This document shows positions 1 to 9,266 of a stretch of 32,000 nt of DNA, piece after piece (position 1 is the first letter of the stretch; every line of letters starts with the position of its first letter). Both the position numbers and the translations under genes were made by a program. The notes beneath the pieces are model-generated. The model saw only the letters and a program-made list of their open reading frames with translations, was not told the DNA's origin and did no database searches. Source of the DNA: Candidatus Nitrosacidococcus tergens. Its GTDB lineage: Bacteria > Pseudomonadota > Gammaproteobacteria > Nitrosococcales > Nitrosococcaceae. The DNA is taken from assembly GCF_902810445.1 (NCBI RefSeq), contig NZ_LR778175.1, positions 1,287,473 to 1,319,472 of the forward strand, written 5' to 3'.

Positions 1-1404
1 TTCTACTGCAAATTCCATAGGCAATTCTTTAAATACTTGCTTGCAAAATCCGTTGACGATCATAGAAACCGCATCTTCAGGAGAAATCCCTCTTTGTTGA
101 CAATAAAAGAGCTGATCTTCACTAATTTTAGAAGTAGATGCTTCATGTTCAATTTGAGCTGAAGGATGTTTTACTTCAATATAGGGAAAAGTATGAGCAC
201 CACAGGTACTACCTAGGAGTAGAGAGTCGCATTGAGTATAGTTACGAGCGCCCTCTGCGCTAGGGGCTACTCTCACTAAGCCTCGGTAAGTGTTTTGCCC
301 TTTGCCTGCAGATATTCCTTTAGAAATTATAGTACTGCGACTATTTTTACCAATATGGATCATCTTCGTTCCCGTATCAGCCTGCTGGAAATTATTAGTT
401 AAGGCAACAGAATAAAACTCTCCTACAGAGTTATCTCCTTGCAAAATGACGCTAGGGTATTTCCAAGTAATAGCTGATCCTGTTTCTACCTGAGTCCAAC
501 AAATTTTAGAATTTTTTCCTCGGCATGCCCCACGCTTAGTCACAAAATTATAAATACCCCCTCGACCCTCTTCATCCCCAGGGTACCAATTCTGAACGGT
601 AGAGTATTTAATTTGAGCATTACCTAGTGCAACTAACTCTACTACTGCAGCATGAAGTTGATTCTCATCTCGCATTGGTGCAGTACACCCTTCTAGATAA
701 CTTACATAAGCACCCTCATCTGCAATGATAAGGGTTCGTTCAAATTGTCCAGTTTGTGCAGCGTTGATTCTAAAATAAGTAGATAGTTCCATAGGGCAAC
801 GCACGCCTTTGGGTACATAGACAAAGGATCCATCACTGAATACCGCTGAATTTAAGGCAGCATAGAAATTATCCCGAGTGGGTACTACACTACCCAAGTA
901 TTTTTTCACTAGCTCAGGATATTCCCTAACTGCTTCAGAGAAGGGGCAAAAAATAACACCTGCCTCTCCTAGTTTCTTTTTAAAAGTGGTAGCAACAGAA
1001 ACACTATCAAACACCGCATCTATCGCAACGCCAGCAAGTTTTGCTCGTTCGTGAAGAGGAACCCCTAATTTTTCATAAGTTTTTAGTAACTCAGGATCCA
1101 CCTCATCCAAACTTTTAGGGGCATCTTTTTTAGGCTTTGGTGCGGAGTAGTAAATAATATCTTGATAATTTATTGGTGGATAATGCACATGAGCCCAATC
1201 AGGGTGTTCCATTTTCAACCAATCACGATAGGCATTAAGACGCCACTCTAGCATAAATGCAGGTTCATTTTTTTTAGCGGAAAGGGCACGGATAGTATTT
1301 TCGTTTAATCCCGGAGGAAGCGACTCCGATTCAATATCAGTTATAAAACCTGCACTATACTGCCGATTAGTAAAATCTTCTGCTTTTAAAATTGCACTTG
1401 ACAT
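1..1404 (-). CDS. sufB: Fe-S cluster assembly protein SufB (5' portion; continues past window start)
   Basis: Hand translation of the minus strand from ATG 1404-1402 stays open to base 1. It gives [26 protein letters not shown]...[38 protein letters not shown]...[24 protein letters not shown]...TFPYIEVKH, which are conserved SufB blocks. AGGA lies 9 nt upstream. It is absent from the ORF track because there is no stop inside the window. Confidence 0.93.
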   Translation of the reverse strand, partial: MSSAILKAEDFTNRQYSAGFITDIESESLPPGLNENTIRALSAKKNEPAFMLEWRLNAYRDWLKMEHPDWAHVHYPPINYQDIIYYSAPKPKKDAPKSLDEVDPELLKTYEKLGVPLHERAKLAGVAIDAVFDSVSVATTFKKKLGEAGVIFCPFSEAVREYPELVKKYLGSVVPTRDNFYAALNSAVFSDGSFVYVPKGVRCPMELSTYFRINAAQTGQFERTLIIADEGAYVSYLEGCTAPMRDENQLHAAVVELVALGNAQIKYSTVQNWYPGDEEGRGGIYNFVTKRGACRGKNSKICWTQVETGSAITWKYPSVILQGDNSVGEFYSVALTNNFQQADTGTKMIHIGKNSRSTIISKGISAGKGQNTYRGLVRVAPSAEGARNYTQCDSLLLGSTCGAHTFPYIEVKHPSAQIEHEASTSKISEDQLFYCQQRGISPEDAVSMIVNGFCKQVFKELPMEFAVE

Positions 1405-1444
1405 TATTTTATTCCTAATAAAATCAACTTTTATCTATAAAAAT

Positions 1445-1900
1445 CTAATTAATGCTGAGTTGATCACTTAATAAATAAGGGTTAGCTGGATGTTCTTTTA
1501 CTGGCCGAACCATATCAGATAATTTAACCTTAGAAAGGGATTCGTAAATAGCTCGATTAATGTATTTCCAATGAATCCGAGTAGTACAATAAGACTCTTG
1601 TTTACACTTCCCTGGCATGTTAATGCAACTGGTCAATCCAATAGGTCCTTCAAATATGGTAATAATTTCTATGATGGAAATTTCTGCTGGAGGCTTAGCT
1701 AAATGGTAGCCTCCTTGTACTCCTCGAGTAGAAGTAAGTAACCGTGCTCGAGTAAGCTGTTTTAAAATTTTACTTACCGTAGGTAGTGGTATCCCTATTT
1801 GGGAGGCTAAATTAGCTGTAGTGCATTGCTCACTAGGATCTATTGCTAAGTGAGTCATAATTACAATACTGTAATCGGCCATTTTACTCATACGTAACAT
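1445..1900 (-). CDS. Rrf2-family (IscR/SUF-regulator type) transcriptional regulator with Fe-S ligand cysteines
   Basis: N-terminal wHTH MLRMSKMADYSIVIMTHLA...TANLASQIGIPLPTVSKILKQL...GVQGGYHL. Cys92-x6-Cys99-x5-Cys105 plus His110 resembles the IscR cluster ligands. It sits directly upstream of sufB on the same strand with a 40-nt gap. Confidence 0.88.
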   Translation of the reverse strand: MLRMSKMADYSIVIMTHLAIDPSEQCTTANLASQIGIPLPTVSKILKQLTRARLLTSTRGVQGGYHLAKPPAEISIIEIITIFEGPIGLTSCINMPGKCKQESYCTTRIHWKYINRAIYESLSKVKLSDMVRPVKEHPANPYLLSDQLSIN

Positions 1901-1921
1901 ATGAAATTTCCAATCCTAATT

Positions 1922-1940
1922 TAGGACTATTATAGTCCTA
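1922..1940 (-). promoter_or_regulatory. Perfect 19-bp palindrome TAGGACTAT-T-ATAGTCCTA; candidate Rrf2 operator overlapping a consensus -10
   Basis: Read directly from the sequence. On the minus strand its centre reads TATAAT (plus-strand 1929-1934), with TTGTTT 16 nt upstream. It lies 22 nt upstream of the regulator start codon. A second overlapping 6-1-6 palindrome TCCTAA-T-TTAGGA is at 1914-1926. Confidence 0.5.
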
Positions 1941-2060
1941 TTTAAGCTTAAAACAAGTATTTTTAATGAATCTATAACTTTAACCTTATGAAAGAATTTA
2001 AAAAAAATTAAGCTGAAAAATTGAAAAGAATCAGGTAAAGTAAAAGCATTTCAATATAAT

Positions 2061-2088
2061 TTGACTAAGAAAATATTAAAAATATAAA
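2061..2088 (+). promoter_or_regulatory. Candidate sigma70 promoter for rpe (TTGACT-16 nt-TATAAA)
   Basis: TTGACT is at 2061-2066 and TATAAA at 2083-2088. The -10 ends only 5 nt before the rpe ATG (2094), and there is no Shine-Dalgarno. Confidence 0.3.
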
Positions 2089-2093
2089 TAACT

Positions 2094-2765
2094 ATGCTTA
2101 ATTATAAAATTGCCCCTTCTATATTATCTGCGGATTTTGCTCGTCTTGGGGATGATGTACATGCTGTACTCAAAGCAGGTGCAGATATCGTACATTTTGA
2201 CGTGATGGATAACCATTATGTACCTAATTTAACGATAGGCCCTTTAGTATGTAAAGCACTCAGAGATTATGGAATCACTGCTGAAATTGATGTGCACTTA
2301 ATGGTTAAGCCTGTAGATCGGATTATTCCTGATTTTGCAAAAGCAGGGGCAAATTATATTACTTTCCATCCTGAAGGATCAGAGCATATCGACCGAAGTC
2401 TACAGCTCATTCATGATCATGGTTGTAAAGCAGGGCTAGTTTTTAATCCTGCTACCTCCTTAGATCATCTAAAGTATGTGTTGGATAAAGTAGATATGAT
2501 ATTAATCATGTCTGTAAATCCAGGTTTCGGAGGACAATCTTTCATCCCTTCAGCACTAGATAAACTTAGAGAGGCACGAAAAATTATTGAGGAAAGTGGT
2601 CGTCCAATTCATCTTGAAATTGATGGGGGAGTAAAGGTGGATAATATTCGAGAAATTGCAGAGGCAGGTGCAGATACTTTTGTAGCAGGATCAGCAATTT
2701 TTCAAAGCAAAGATTATAAAACTACTATTGATGAAATGCGATCTGAGCTTGCTAAAGTTAAATAA
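2094..2765 (+). CDS. rpe: Ribulose-phosphate 3-epimerase
   Basis: [47 protein letters not shown] and VAGSAIF blocks are near-identical to E. coli Rpe, and the ORF is full length. Confidence 0.96.
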   Translation: MLNYKIAPSILSADFARLGDDVHAVLKAGADIVHFDVMDNHYVPNLTIGPLVCKALRDYGITAEIDVHLMVKPVDRIIPDFAKAGANYITFHPEGSEHIDRSLQLIHDHGCKAGLVFNPATSLDHLKYVLDKVDMILIMSVNPGFGGQSFIPSALDKLREARKIIEESGRPIHLEIDGGVKVDNIREIAEAGADTFVAGSAIFQSKDYKTTIDEMRSELAKVK

Positions 2766-2796
2766 ATTAGTAACACTTGAGTTAGAGAGTTAAGAA

Positions 2797-3471
2797 ATGC
2801 TTAAAAAACCTGCAATGATCGTTATGGATATAGATGGCACCTTAGTGGATAGTGTGCCTGATCTTGCCTATTGTACTGATACTATGCTAAATCAGCTTGG
2901 ATTACCTCCTCGGGGAGAAGAAAAAGTGCGTCAGTGGGTAGGTAATGGTGTGGAGCGGCTGATTAAGCGAGCTTTGATAGATGATTTAGAAGGAGAGCCA
3001 GATAGCACTTTATATCAAAAGGCAGCACCAATTTTTCTTAATTTATATCAGGAAAATACTAGTAAACGAAGTCATTTGTATCCTGGAGTTAAAAAAGGGC
3101 TAATATGGTTAAAATCCCAAGGGTATCGATTGGGGAGCATTACTAATAAAGCAGCTCAATTTACCCATCCTTTGCTTCAAGATTTAGGAATTATAGATTA
3201 CTTTGAAATTGTAATTAGTGGTGATACGCTACCTCAAAAAAAACCTCACCCTGCTCAACTACTCCACGCAGCCCAATTTTTTAATACTGCTTCAGAGGAT
3301 TCTATGATGGTAGGTGATTCCATTAGTGATGTAAAAGCAGCAAGAGCCGCTGGGTTTCAAATCGTCTGTTTAAGCTATGGCTATAATCATGGGCAAGATA
3401 TTCGAGATAGCCATCCAGATGCAGTGATTGATTCGTTAGCTGAAATTCAAAATTTACTTCACGCTGCTTAG
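2797..3471 (+). CDS. gph: Phosphoglycolate phosphatase (HAD superfamily)
   Basis: HAD motif I MDIDGTLVDS, motif ITNK, KKPHP and VGDSISDVKAARAAG. The rpe-gph adjacency is conserved in gammaproteobacteria. Confidence 0.88.
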   Translation: MLKKPAMIVMDIDGTLVDSVPDLAYCTDTMLNQLGLPPRGEEKVRQWVGNGVERLIKRALIDDLEGEPDSTLYQKAAPIFLNLYQENTSKRSHLYPGVKKGLIWLKSQGYRLGSITNKAAQFTHPLLQDLGIIDYFEIVISGDTLPQKKPHPAQLLHAAQFFNTASEDSMMVGDSISDVKAARAAGFQIVCLSYGYNHGQDIRDSHPDAVIDSLAEIQNLLHAA

Positions 3472-3537
3472 ATATTTTAAGCTAATTTAATTAGTAAATC
3501 TGCTAAGAGATTGCTTAACCAATTTCACTACAAAATA

Positions 3538-5019
3538 ATGGATGCTTCCTCTTTTAAACACCTTGTTTCTCAGGGTTATAATTATATCCCCCTTGTTCGG
3601 GAAGTATTGGCAGATTTAGATACGCCTTTAAGTATTTATCTTAAACTAGCTAAAGGTCCTTATTCATACTTATTGGAGTCTATGCATGGGAACGAGAAAT
3701 GGAGTCGATACTCATTTATTGGTCTTCCTTGCCGTACAGTAATTAAAGTACAGCATTATAGTATTACGGTTGAGACCAGCCGGAAAATTGTAGAGACCTA
3801 CGATACCCATGATCCCCTTACTTGGATAGAGAAGTTTAAACAACGATTCAAAGTACCAGAAATCAGTGGATTACCGAGATTTACGGGTGGGCTAGTAGGA
3901 TATTTTGGTTACGATACAATTCGATATATTGAGCCTAAATTAGCCTATTGGAATAAATCTAATACACTAGAAACACCTGATATCTTTTTACTGCTTTCTG
4001 AAGAGCTTGTTATTTTTGATAATTTAAGTAATCAGCTTTACTTAATTGTATATGTTGATCCTGAAAATTATTCACAAGGGATGCAACGCTTGAGTGCATT
4101 AGAGAGTTATCTTCAAAAACCTCTTTCAGATAATTATTTACCTCAATCGGATTCTTCTATATCCACTCCTATGAGTGAGTATGATTTTGTTTCTGAATTT
4201 ACGGAAGCTAGATTTAAAGAGGCTGTCGCAAAAGCTCGTCAATATATTATTGATGGAGATATGATGCAAGTAGTTTTATCTCAGCGACTTTCAGTCAATT
4301 TTACAGCACCGCCATTAAATTTGTATCGATCATTGCGGTATCTTAATCCTTCCCCATACATGTATTATTTTAATTTCGATGAATTTTATGTAGTTGGTTC
4401 ATCTCCAGAAATACTAGTACGAGCAGAAGAAGGTAAAGTTTCAGTACGCCCTATCGCCGGAACTCGGCGAAGAGGAAAAGATGAAAGTGAGGATCTTGCT
4501 TTAGAGCAAGAATTAATGGCAGATCCCAAAGAGCTTGCCGAGCACCAAATGCTTATTGATTTAGGAAGAAATGATATAGGACGGATTGCAGAAGTAGCTA
4601 GCATCAAAGTGACTGAAAAAATGGCAATTGAGCGTTATTCCCATGTAATGCACATTGTTTCTAATGTGGTTGGGAAAATTAAAGCTGATTTCTCTACTAT
4701 AGACGTGATACGTGCTACTTTTCCAGCTGGTACTGTCTCAGGTGCACCTAAAATTAGAGCAATGGAAGTAATTGACGAACTAGAGCCGACAAAGCGAGGA
4801 ATTTATGCTGGTGCTGTAGGGTATTTAGCTTGGTCAGACAATATGGATATGGCAATTGCTATTCGTACAGGCGTGATTAAAAACAATACATTATACATTC
4901 AAGCAGGTGCTGGCATTGTCTATGACTCCATTCCACAGTATGAATGGAATGAAACAATGAATAAGGGGCGAGCTATGTTTCAAGCAGCTATATTAGCTAA
5001 CCAATCTAATAAGCACTAA
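3538..5019 (+). CDS. trpE: Anthranilate synthase component I
   Basis: DTPLSIYLKLA..YLLES...KWSRYSFIG, LNPSPYMYY, GTVSGAPKIRAME and GIYAGAVGYL blocks. The track ORF begins at TTG 3511. ATG 3538 (MDASSFKHLVSQGYNYIPL) aligns with the N-terminus of Pseudomonas TrpE as I remember it. Confidence 0.93.
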   Translation: MDASSFKHLVSQGYNYIPLVREVLADLDTPLSIYLKLAKGPYSYLLESMHGNEKWSRYSFIGLPCRTVIKVQHYSITVETSRKIVETYDTHDPLTWIEKFKQRFKVPEISGLPRFTGGLVGYFGYDTIRYIEPKLAYWNKSNTLETPDIFLLLSEELVIFDNLSNQLYLIVYVDPENYSQGMQRLSALESYLQKPLSDNYLPQSDSSISTPMSEYDFVSEFTEARFKEAVAKARQYIIDGDMMQVVLSQRLSVNFTAPPLNLYRSLRYLNPSPYMYYFNFDEFYVVGSSPEILVRAEEGKVSVRPIAGTRRRGKDESEDLALEQELMADPKELAEHQMLIDLGRNDIGRIAEVASIKVTEKMAIERYSHVMHIVSNVVGKIKADFSTIDVIRATFPAGTVSGAPKIRAMEVIDELEPTKRGIYAGAVGYLAWSDNMDMAIAIRTGVIKNNTLYIQAGAGIVYDSIPQYEWNETMNKGRAMFQAAILANQSNKH

Positions 5020-6248
5020 GCATTTCCTATAGTTTCTTGTATTTCTTCCACATCATCTTCACTTAATTCTTGTTGCTTAATATCTGGTAAAAATCCAGCG
5101 AATAACCCTAGTGCGGGAAGATAAGAGCAAACATGAAAAACAAAATCAATTCCTTTCAAATCAGCTAATCCACCCAAAGCTGCTGCGCCTAATCCACTAA
5201 TACCAAAAGCAAAGCCAAAAAATATTCCGGAAATAGTTCCTATTCGGTGAGGAACAAGTTCTTGTCCATAAACTACAATAGCAGAGAAAGCTGATGAAAT
5301 AATTAATCCAATTAATATTGTTAATACTTTAGTCCAATAGAGGCTAGCATAGGGCAAGATTAAAGTAAATGGGAGTACCCCCAAGATTGATATCCAAATA
5401 ACCCACTTTCGACCAAATTTATCTCCTATTGGCCCTCCAATTAAAGTACCAACAGCTACGGAAGCAAGAAATATAAATAAGTATACTTGCGCCTCCTGCA
5501 CTGAGATGTGAAATTTATGAATCATATAGAAAGTGTAGTAACTACTTAAGCTTACCGTATATAAAAATTTTGAAAACATGAGTACACAAAGTGCAGACAG
5601 TGCTATTTTTACCTGTTTAGGAGATACTAAAAAGGCAGTAGTATTTTTGTATTTTTGTTTTATGGTGCAATTATGTTTATACCAATGACCAATTTTCCAT
5701 AAAATTGCCATTCCTAAAAGTGCAGCCAGAGAGAACCAACTCAGACTATCCTGCCCTCTAGGTAAAACAATGAAAGCAGCCAGTAATGGCCCTATCGCTG
5801 TACCTAGATTACCTCCTACTTGAAAAAGAGATTGGGCTAGTCCATGATGTCCTCCGGAGGCCATTCGAGCTACTCGAGAAGCATCTGGATGGAATACTGC
5901 TGATCCAAGGCCAATACAAGATGCACCGATTAAGAGAGATAGGTAGCTTGTAGAAGATGCAAGAAGCAATAATCCCAATAAAGTAGCACTCATTCCAGCA
6001 AATAAAATATAGGGTAAAGGCCGTTTATCTGTATAAAACCCAATTAAAGGCTGAAGGATAGATGCTGTTACCTGAAATGACATAGTAAGCATCCCAATTT
6101 GGCTAAAATTGAGGCAATAGTTCTCTTTTAGCATCGGGTAAATAGCGGCTAATAGGGATTGCATCATGTCATTTAGAAAGTGACAGAAACTAAGTCCTAT
6201 CAGGATAACAAAAACTATCTGCTGAGTATCTTTGGTTTTTTGATTCAA
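5016..6248 (-). CDS. fsr: MFS transporter, Fsr (fosmidomycin-resistance) family
   Basis: Collinear with E. coli Fsr as I recall it: HxLNDMxQSLxxAIYP, FHPxxSRVARMASGGxHGLAQSxFQVGGNxG, SSYYTFY and GDKxGRKxVIW. It has 12 predicted TM segments and a TTG start with no clear SD. Confidence 0.85.
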   Translation of the reverse strand: MNQKTKDTQQIVFVILIGLSFCHFLNDMMQSLLAAIYPMLKENYCLNFSQIGMLTMSFQVTASILQPLIGFYTDKRPLPYILFAGMSATLLGLLLLASSTSYLSLLIGASCIGLGSAVFHPDASRVARMASGGHHGLAQSLFQVGGNLGTAIGPLLAAFIVLPRGQDSLSWFSLAALLGMAILWKIGHWYKHNCTIKQKYKNTTAFLVSPKQVKIALSALCVLMFSKFLYTVSLSSYYTFYMIHKFHISVQEAQVYLFIFLASVAVGTLIGGPIGDKFGRKWVIWISILGVLPFTLILPYASLYWTKVLTILIGLIISSAFSAIVVYGQELVPHRIGTISGIFFGFAFGISGLGAAALGGLADLKGIDFVFHVCSYLPALGLFAGFLPDIKQQELSEDDVEEIQETIGNA

Positions 6249-6342
6249 AATAAATAATTCTAATTAAGAAAAACGTTTGTAGCATATATCTTTAGTTATA
6301 ATATAATCTGTTACTATTTAGTATAGTAGTCTACTTATAACT

Positions 6343-6930
6343 ATGTTGTTAATGATCGATAACTACGATTCTTTTACTTATAACCTAGTACAGTATTTAG
6401 GTGAACTAGGAGAAGAAGTAAAAGTTTTTCGCAATGATCAGATAAATACTGCTGATATTGAGCAAATATCTCCCACTCGTATTATTATTTCTCCTGGTCC
6501 TTGCACTCCAAATGAAGCAGGCGTTTCTTTGAATGTTATTCAGTATTTTGCTGGTAGAATCCCTATTCTTGGTGTTTGTTTAGGTCACCAATGTATTGGA
6601 CAAGCTTTTGGGGGTAATATTATTCATGCAAAAACAATCATGCATGGTAAAACTTCACAAATTCATCATGCAGACAAAGGTGTGTTTTTAGGCCTCAGTA
6701 ACCCGTTTGAAGCAACCCGGTATCATTCCTTAGTTATTGAACAGTCTAGTTTACCCTCATGTTTAGAAATTACTGCCTGGACCCAAACAAACAATGGAAA
6801 TATAGAGGAAATCATGGGAGTAAGGCATAAATATCTTCCCATTGAAGGAGTGCAATTCCATCCTGAATCAATCCTTACTCAGTATGGTCACGACTTGCTC
6901 TTAAATTTTCTTAAGCAAAGCACGATCTAA
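6343..6930 (+). CDS. trpG: Anthranilate synthase component II (glutamine amidotransferase)
   Basis: [16 protein letters not shown], catalytic GVCLGHQ, and GVQFHPES. Confidence 0.95.
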   Translation: MLLMIDNYDSFTYNLVQYLGELGEEVKVFRNDQINTADIEQISPTRIIISPGPCTPNEAGVSLNVIQYFAGRIPILGVCLGHQCIGQAFGGNIIHAKTIMHGKTSQIHHADKGVFLGLSNPFEATRYHSLVIEQSSLPSCLEITAWTQTNNGNIEEIMGVRHKYLPIEGVQFHPESILTQYGHDLLLNFLKQSTI

Positions 6931-6944
6931 ATTAAATTTATAAA

Positions 6945-7970
6945 ATGGATATACAAAGTGCACTTAAGAAGATTGCCTCAGGAAATCATCTGTCTTATGA
7001 AGAAATGATATCTGCTATGAATTTCATCATGTCAGGACAGGCAACTCAAGCACAGATAAGCGCCCTACTTACTGGCCTTCATATGAAGGGAGAAACTATT
7101 GAAGAAATAGCGGGTGCTGTTACTGCAATCCGTAGATTTTCTATACCTATTCAGATTAATAGTCCCTATCTCATAGATACTTGTGGTACAGGTGGAGATC
7201 ATGCTAATACTTTTAATATCTCAACGGCAGGTATTTTCGTAGTAGCAGCAGCAGGTGCTCAAGTAATAAAGCATGGTAATCGCTCTTCCTCTAGCAAATG
7301 CGGAAGCGCCGATGTTCTTGAAGCAATGGGTGTTAGAATTGATCTTTCCCCAAATGAGGTTATCTCTTATATACAAAGAACTGGGATTGGATTTATATTT
7401 GCCCCTCTCTATCATAGTGCAATGAAACATTGTGCAGCAGTAAGAAAAGAAATAGGTATTCGTACTTTATTTAACCTCATCGGACCACTTATAAATCCAG
7501 CAAATCCACCCAATCAGGTGATTGGCGTTTTTAATAAAAAATGGCTTGATATTTTTACCCAGGTACTAAAACGGTTAGGAAGTCACCATATACTAATAGT
7601 ACACGCTGAAGATGGATTAGATGAAATTAGTATAAGTGCTCCTACCTATGTTACTGAATTGAAAAATAATACTATTAGAAATTACACTATTACCCCAGAG
7701 CAGTTTAGTTTCAAGAGAGCCTCTATTGACAAACTAACTGTTCAGAATACACAAGAAAGTGTAGCTATTATAAAATCGGTATTAGCTAACCAACCCAGTA
7801 CAGCCCGTGATATTGTAGCTTTAAATGCAGGAGCAGCCATTTACGCAGCTAATTTAGCTTCTTCCTTAAAAGAAGGTATTGAAAAAGCGTTACAAATAAT
7901 CTCATCGGGTAAAGCTCAAAAAAAATTTGATGATTTTATTAAATATACTAATGATATTTATCCTAGGTAG
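6945..7970 (+). CDS. trpD: Anthranilate phosphoribosyltransferase
   Basis: DTCGTGGDHANTFNISTA, KHGNRSSSSKCGSADVLEA and RTLFNLIGPLINPA motifs. Confidence 0.95.
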   Translation: MDIQSALKKIASGNHLSYEEMISAMNFIMSGQATQAQISALLTGLHMKGETIEEIAGAVTAIRRFSIPIQINSPYLIDTCGTGGDHANTFNISTAGIFVVAAAGAQVIKHGNRSSSSKCGSADVLEAMGVRIDLSPNEVISYIQRTGIGFIFAPLYHSAMKHCAAVRKEIGIRTLFNLIGPLINPANPPNQVIGVFNKKWLDIFTQVLKRLGSHHILIVHAEDGLDEISISAPTYVTELKNNTIRNYTITPEQFSFKRASIDKLTVQNTQESVAIIKSVLANQPSTARDIVALNAGAAIYAANLASSLKEGIEKALQIISSGKAQKKFDDFIKYTNDIYPR

Positions 7971-7975
7971 TCTAA

Positions 7976-8779
7976 ATGAGTAGTCATACACCAAATATTC
8001 TAAAAAAAATCTTATGGCGAAAAGCGGAAGAGATAACAGAGCGTGCTGAAAAAATCTCTATGAGAGAATTAAGCCGAAAAATAGAACATGTACCTTCAGC
8101 TCGAGGATTTAAAGCAGCAATAAAGCAAAAATTAGATACTAATCAAACAGCAATTATTGCAGAAATTAAAAAAGCATCACCAAGCAAAGGAGTATTACGA
8201 AGTAATTTCTCTCCTAATCTTATTGCTCAAAGCTATGAAAAATGGGGTGCTACTTGTTTATCGGTATTAACCGATCATGATTTTTTTCAAGGAAGTGAAG
8301 AATACCTTTGCCTCGCTCGAGAGGCTTGTCAACTTCCTATCTTAAGGAAAGACTTTATTATAGATCCCTATCAAGTATATGAATCTAGAGTAATAGGTGC
8401 CGATTGTATCTTACTAATAGTGGCTGCTTTAGGAGATGCACTTATGAAAGAGTTAAGTCAGCTTGCTGAACACCTAGGTATGGATGTGCTTGTTGAAGTA
8501 CATAACCATGAAGAACTTGAACGTGCACTAGAGCTAAATCCTAAAATGATAGGTATTAATAATCGTAATCTGGTTAATTTTGAAACTAAGCTAGTAACTA
8601 CGATTAACCTAAAACCTATGATCCCAGATCATTGCTTAGTTGTTTCTGAGAGTGGTATTTATTCTCGTAATGATATTGAGAAATTAAACCAAGTTGGAGT
8701 AGATGCTTTTCTTATTGGTGAATTTTTTATGGTAGCTGAAAATCCAGGATTAGCACTTATGGAGTTACTTCAAACCTAA
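7976..8779 (+). CDS. trpC: Indole-3-glycerol phosphate synthase
   Basis: IIAEIKKASPSKG, LSVLTD..FFQGS, LRKDFIIDPYQ, EVHNHEEL and IGINNRNL motifs. Confidence 0.95.
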   Translation: MSSHTPNILKKILWRKAEEITERAEKISMRELSRKIEHVPSARGFKAAIKQKLDTNQTAIIAEIKKASPSKGVLRSNFSPNLIAQSYEKWGATCLSVLTDHDFFQGSEEYLCLAREACQLPILRKDFIIDPYQVYESRVIGADCILLIVAALGDALMKELSQLAEHLGMDVLVEVHNHEELERALELNPKMIGINNRNLVNFETKLVTTINLKPMIPDHCLVVSESGIYSRNDIEKLNQVGVDAFLIGEFFMVAENPGLALMELLQT

Positions 8780-8790
8780 TTAAGGTTCTT

Positions 8791-9231
8791 CTATTTCAGA
8801 GTATTTGATCGGGATAGTTGCCAAACATATATACATACTAAAATTAGTACAGCCGAAACAACTAACCCACCTATATCTGTTGAGCTAAAAACCTTTGCGA
8901 TGGATCCTTCATGAATTGCAGTAAAGCTAATTTTTATCAATGTAGCCACCAACGCAGCTAAGAAAAAGTATAATGACTTTTTACGATGTAAATATAGCAG
9001 CATAGCAGCAATAAAAATAAAAGCATTTACTACAAATGTTAAGCTAATATCTTGCCATAGAATATGATCTACCATACCTTGCTGCTCTATAGCAGAAGAT
9101 TTTTGCATACCAATAAGCATAAAAAAATAATTCATCAAAGATGCACTGGAGACAATAGCAAGAAAAATCGATACAATGATTACCCCTATATTATAATTTC
9201 CTGGTCGTCTATGAGAGTCATTTACATCCAT
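8791..9231 (-). CDS. Hypothetical integral membrane protein (about 4 TM helices), last gene of the amo-strand string
   Basis: ATG start with AAGGA 7 nt upstream and four long hydrophobic segments. I recognise no motif. It is very AT-rich, and its stop is 11 nt from the convergent trpC stop. Confidence 0.6.
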   Translation of the reverse strand: MDVNDSHRRPGNYNIGVIIVSIFLAIVSSASLMNYFFMLIGMQKSSAIEQQGMVDHILWQDISLTFVVNAFIFIAAMLLYLHRKKSLYFFLAALVATLIKISFTAIHEGSIAKVFSSTDIGGLVVSAVLILVCIYVWQLSRSNTLK

Positions 9232-9266
9232 AACTGCGTCCTTTATTAAATCCCTTATAACACTTC

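Noticed and set aside
3511-3537. TTG-initiated N-terminal extensions in the track ORFs of trpE (3511), and likewise serB (13744), rimI (15529) and the TIGR04073-like gene (31507)
   Set aside because: Downstream ATG codons give N-termini that align with characterised homologues or give a cleaner signal peptide. The extensions have no conserved residues. This remains uncertain without comparative data.
3472-3537. Looked for a Trp-codon leader peptide or attenuator upstream of trpE, and also upstream of trpG (6249-6342)
   Set aside because: There are no tandem TGG codons, no mini-ORF and no terminator-like hairpin in either spacer.
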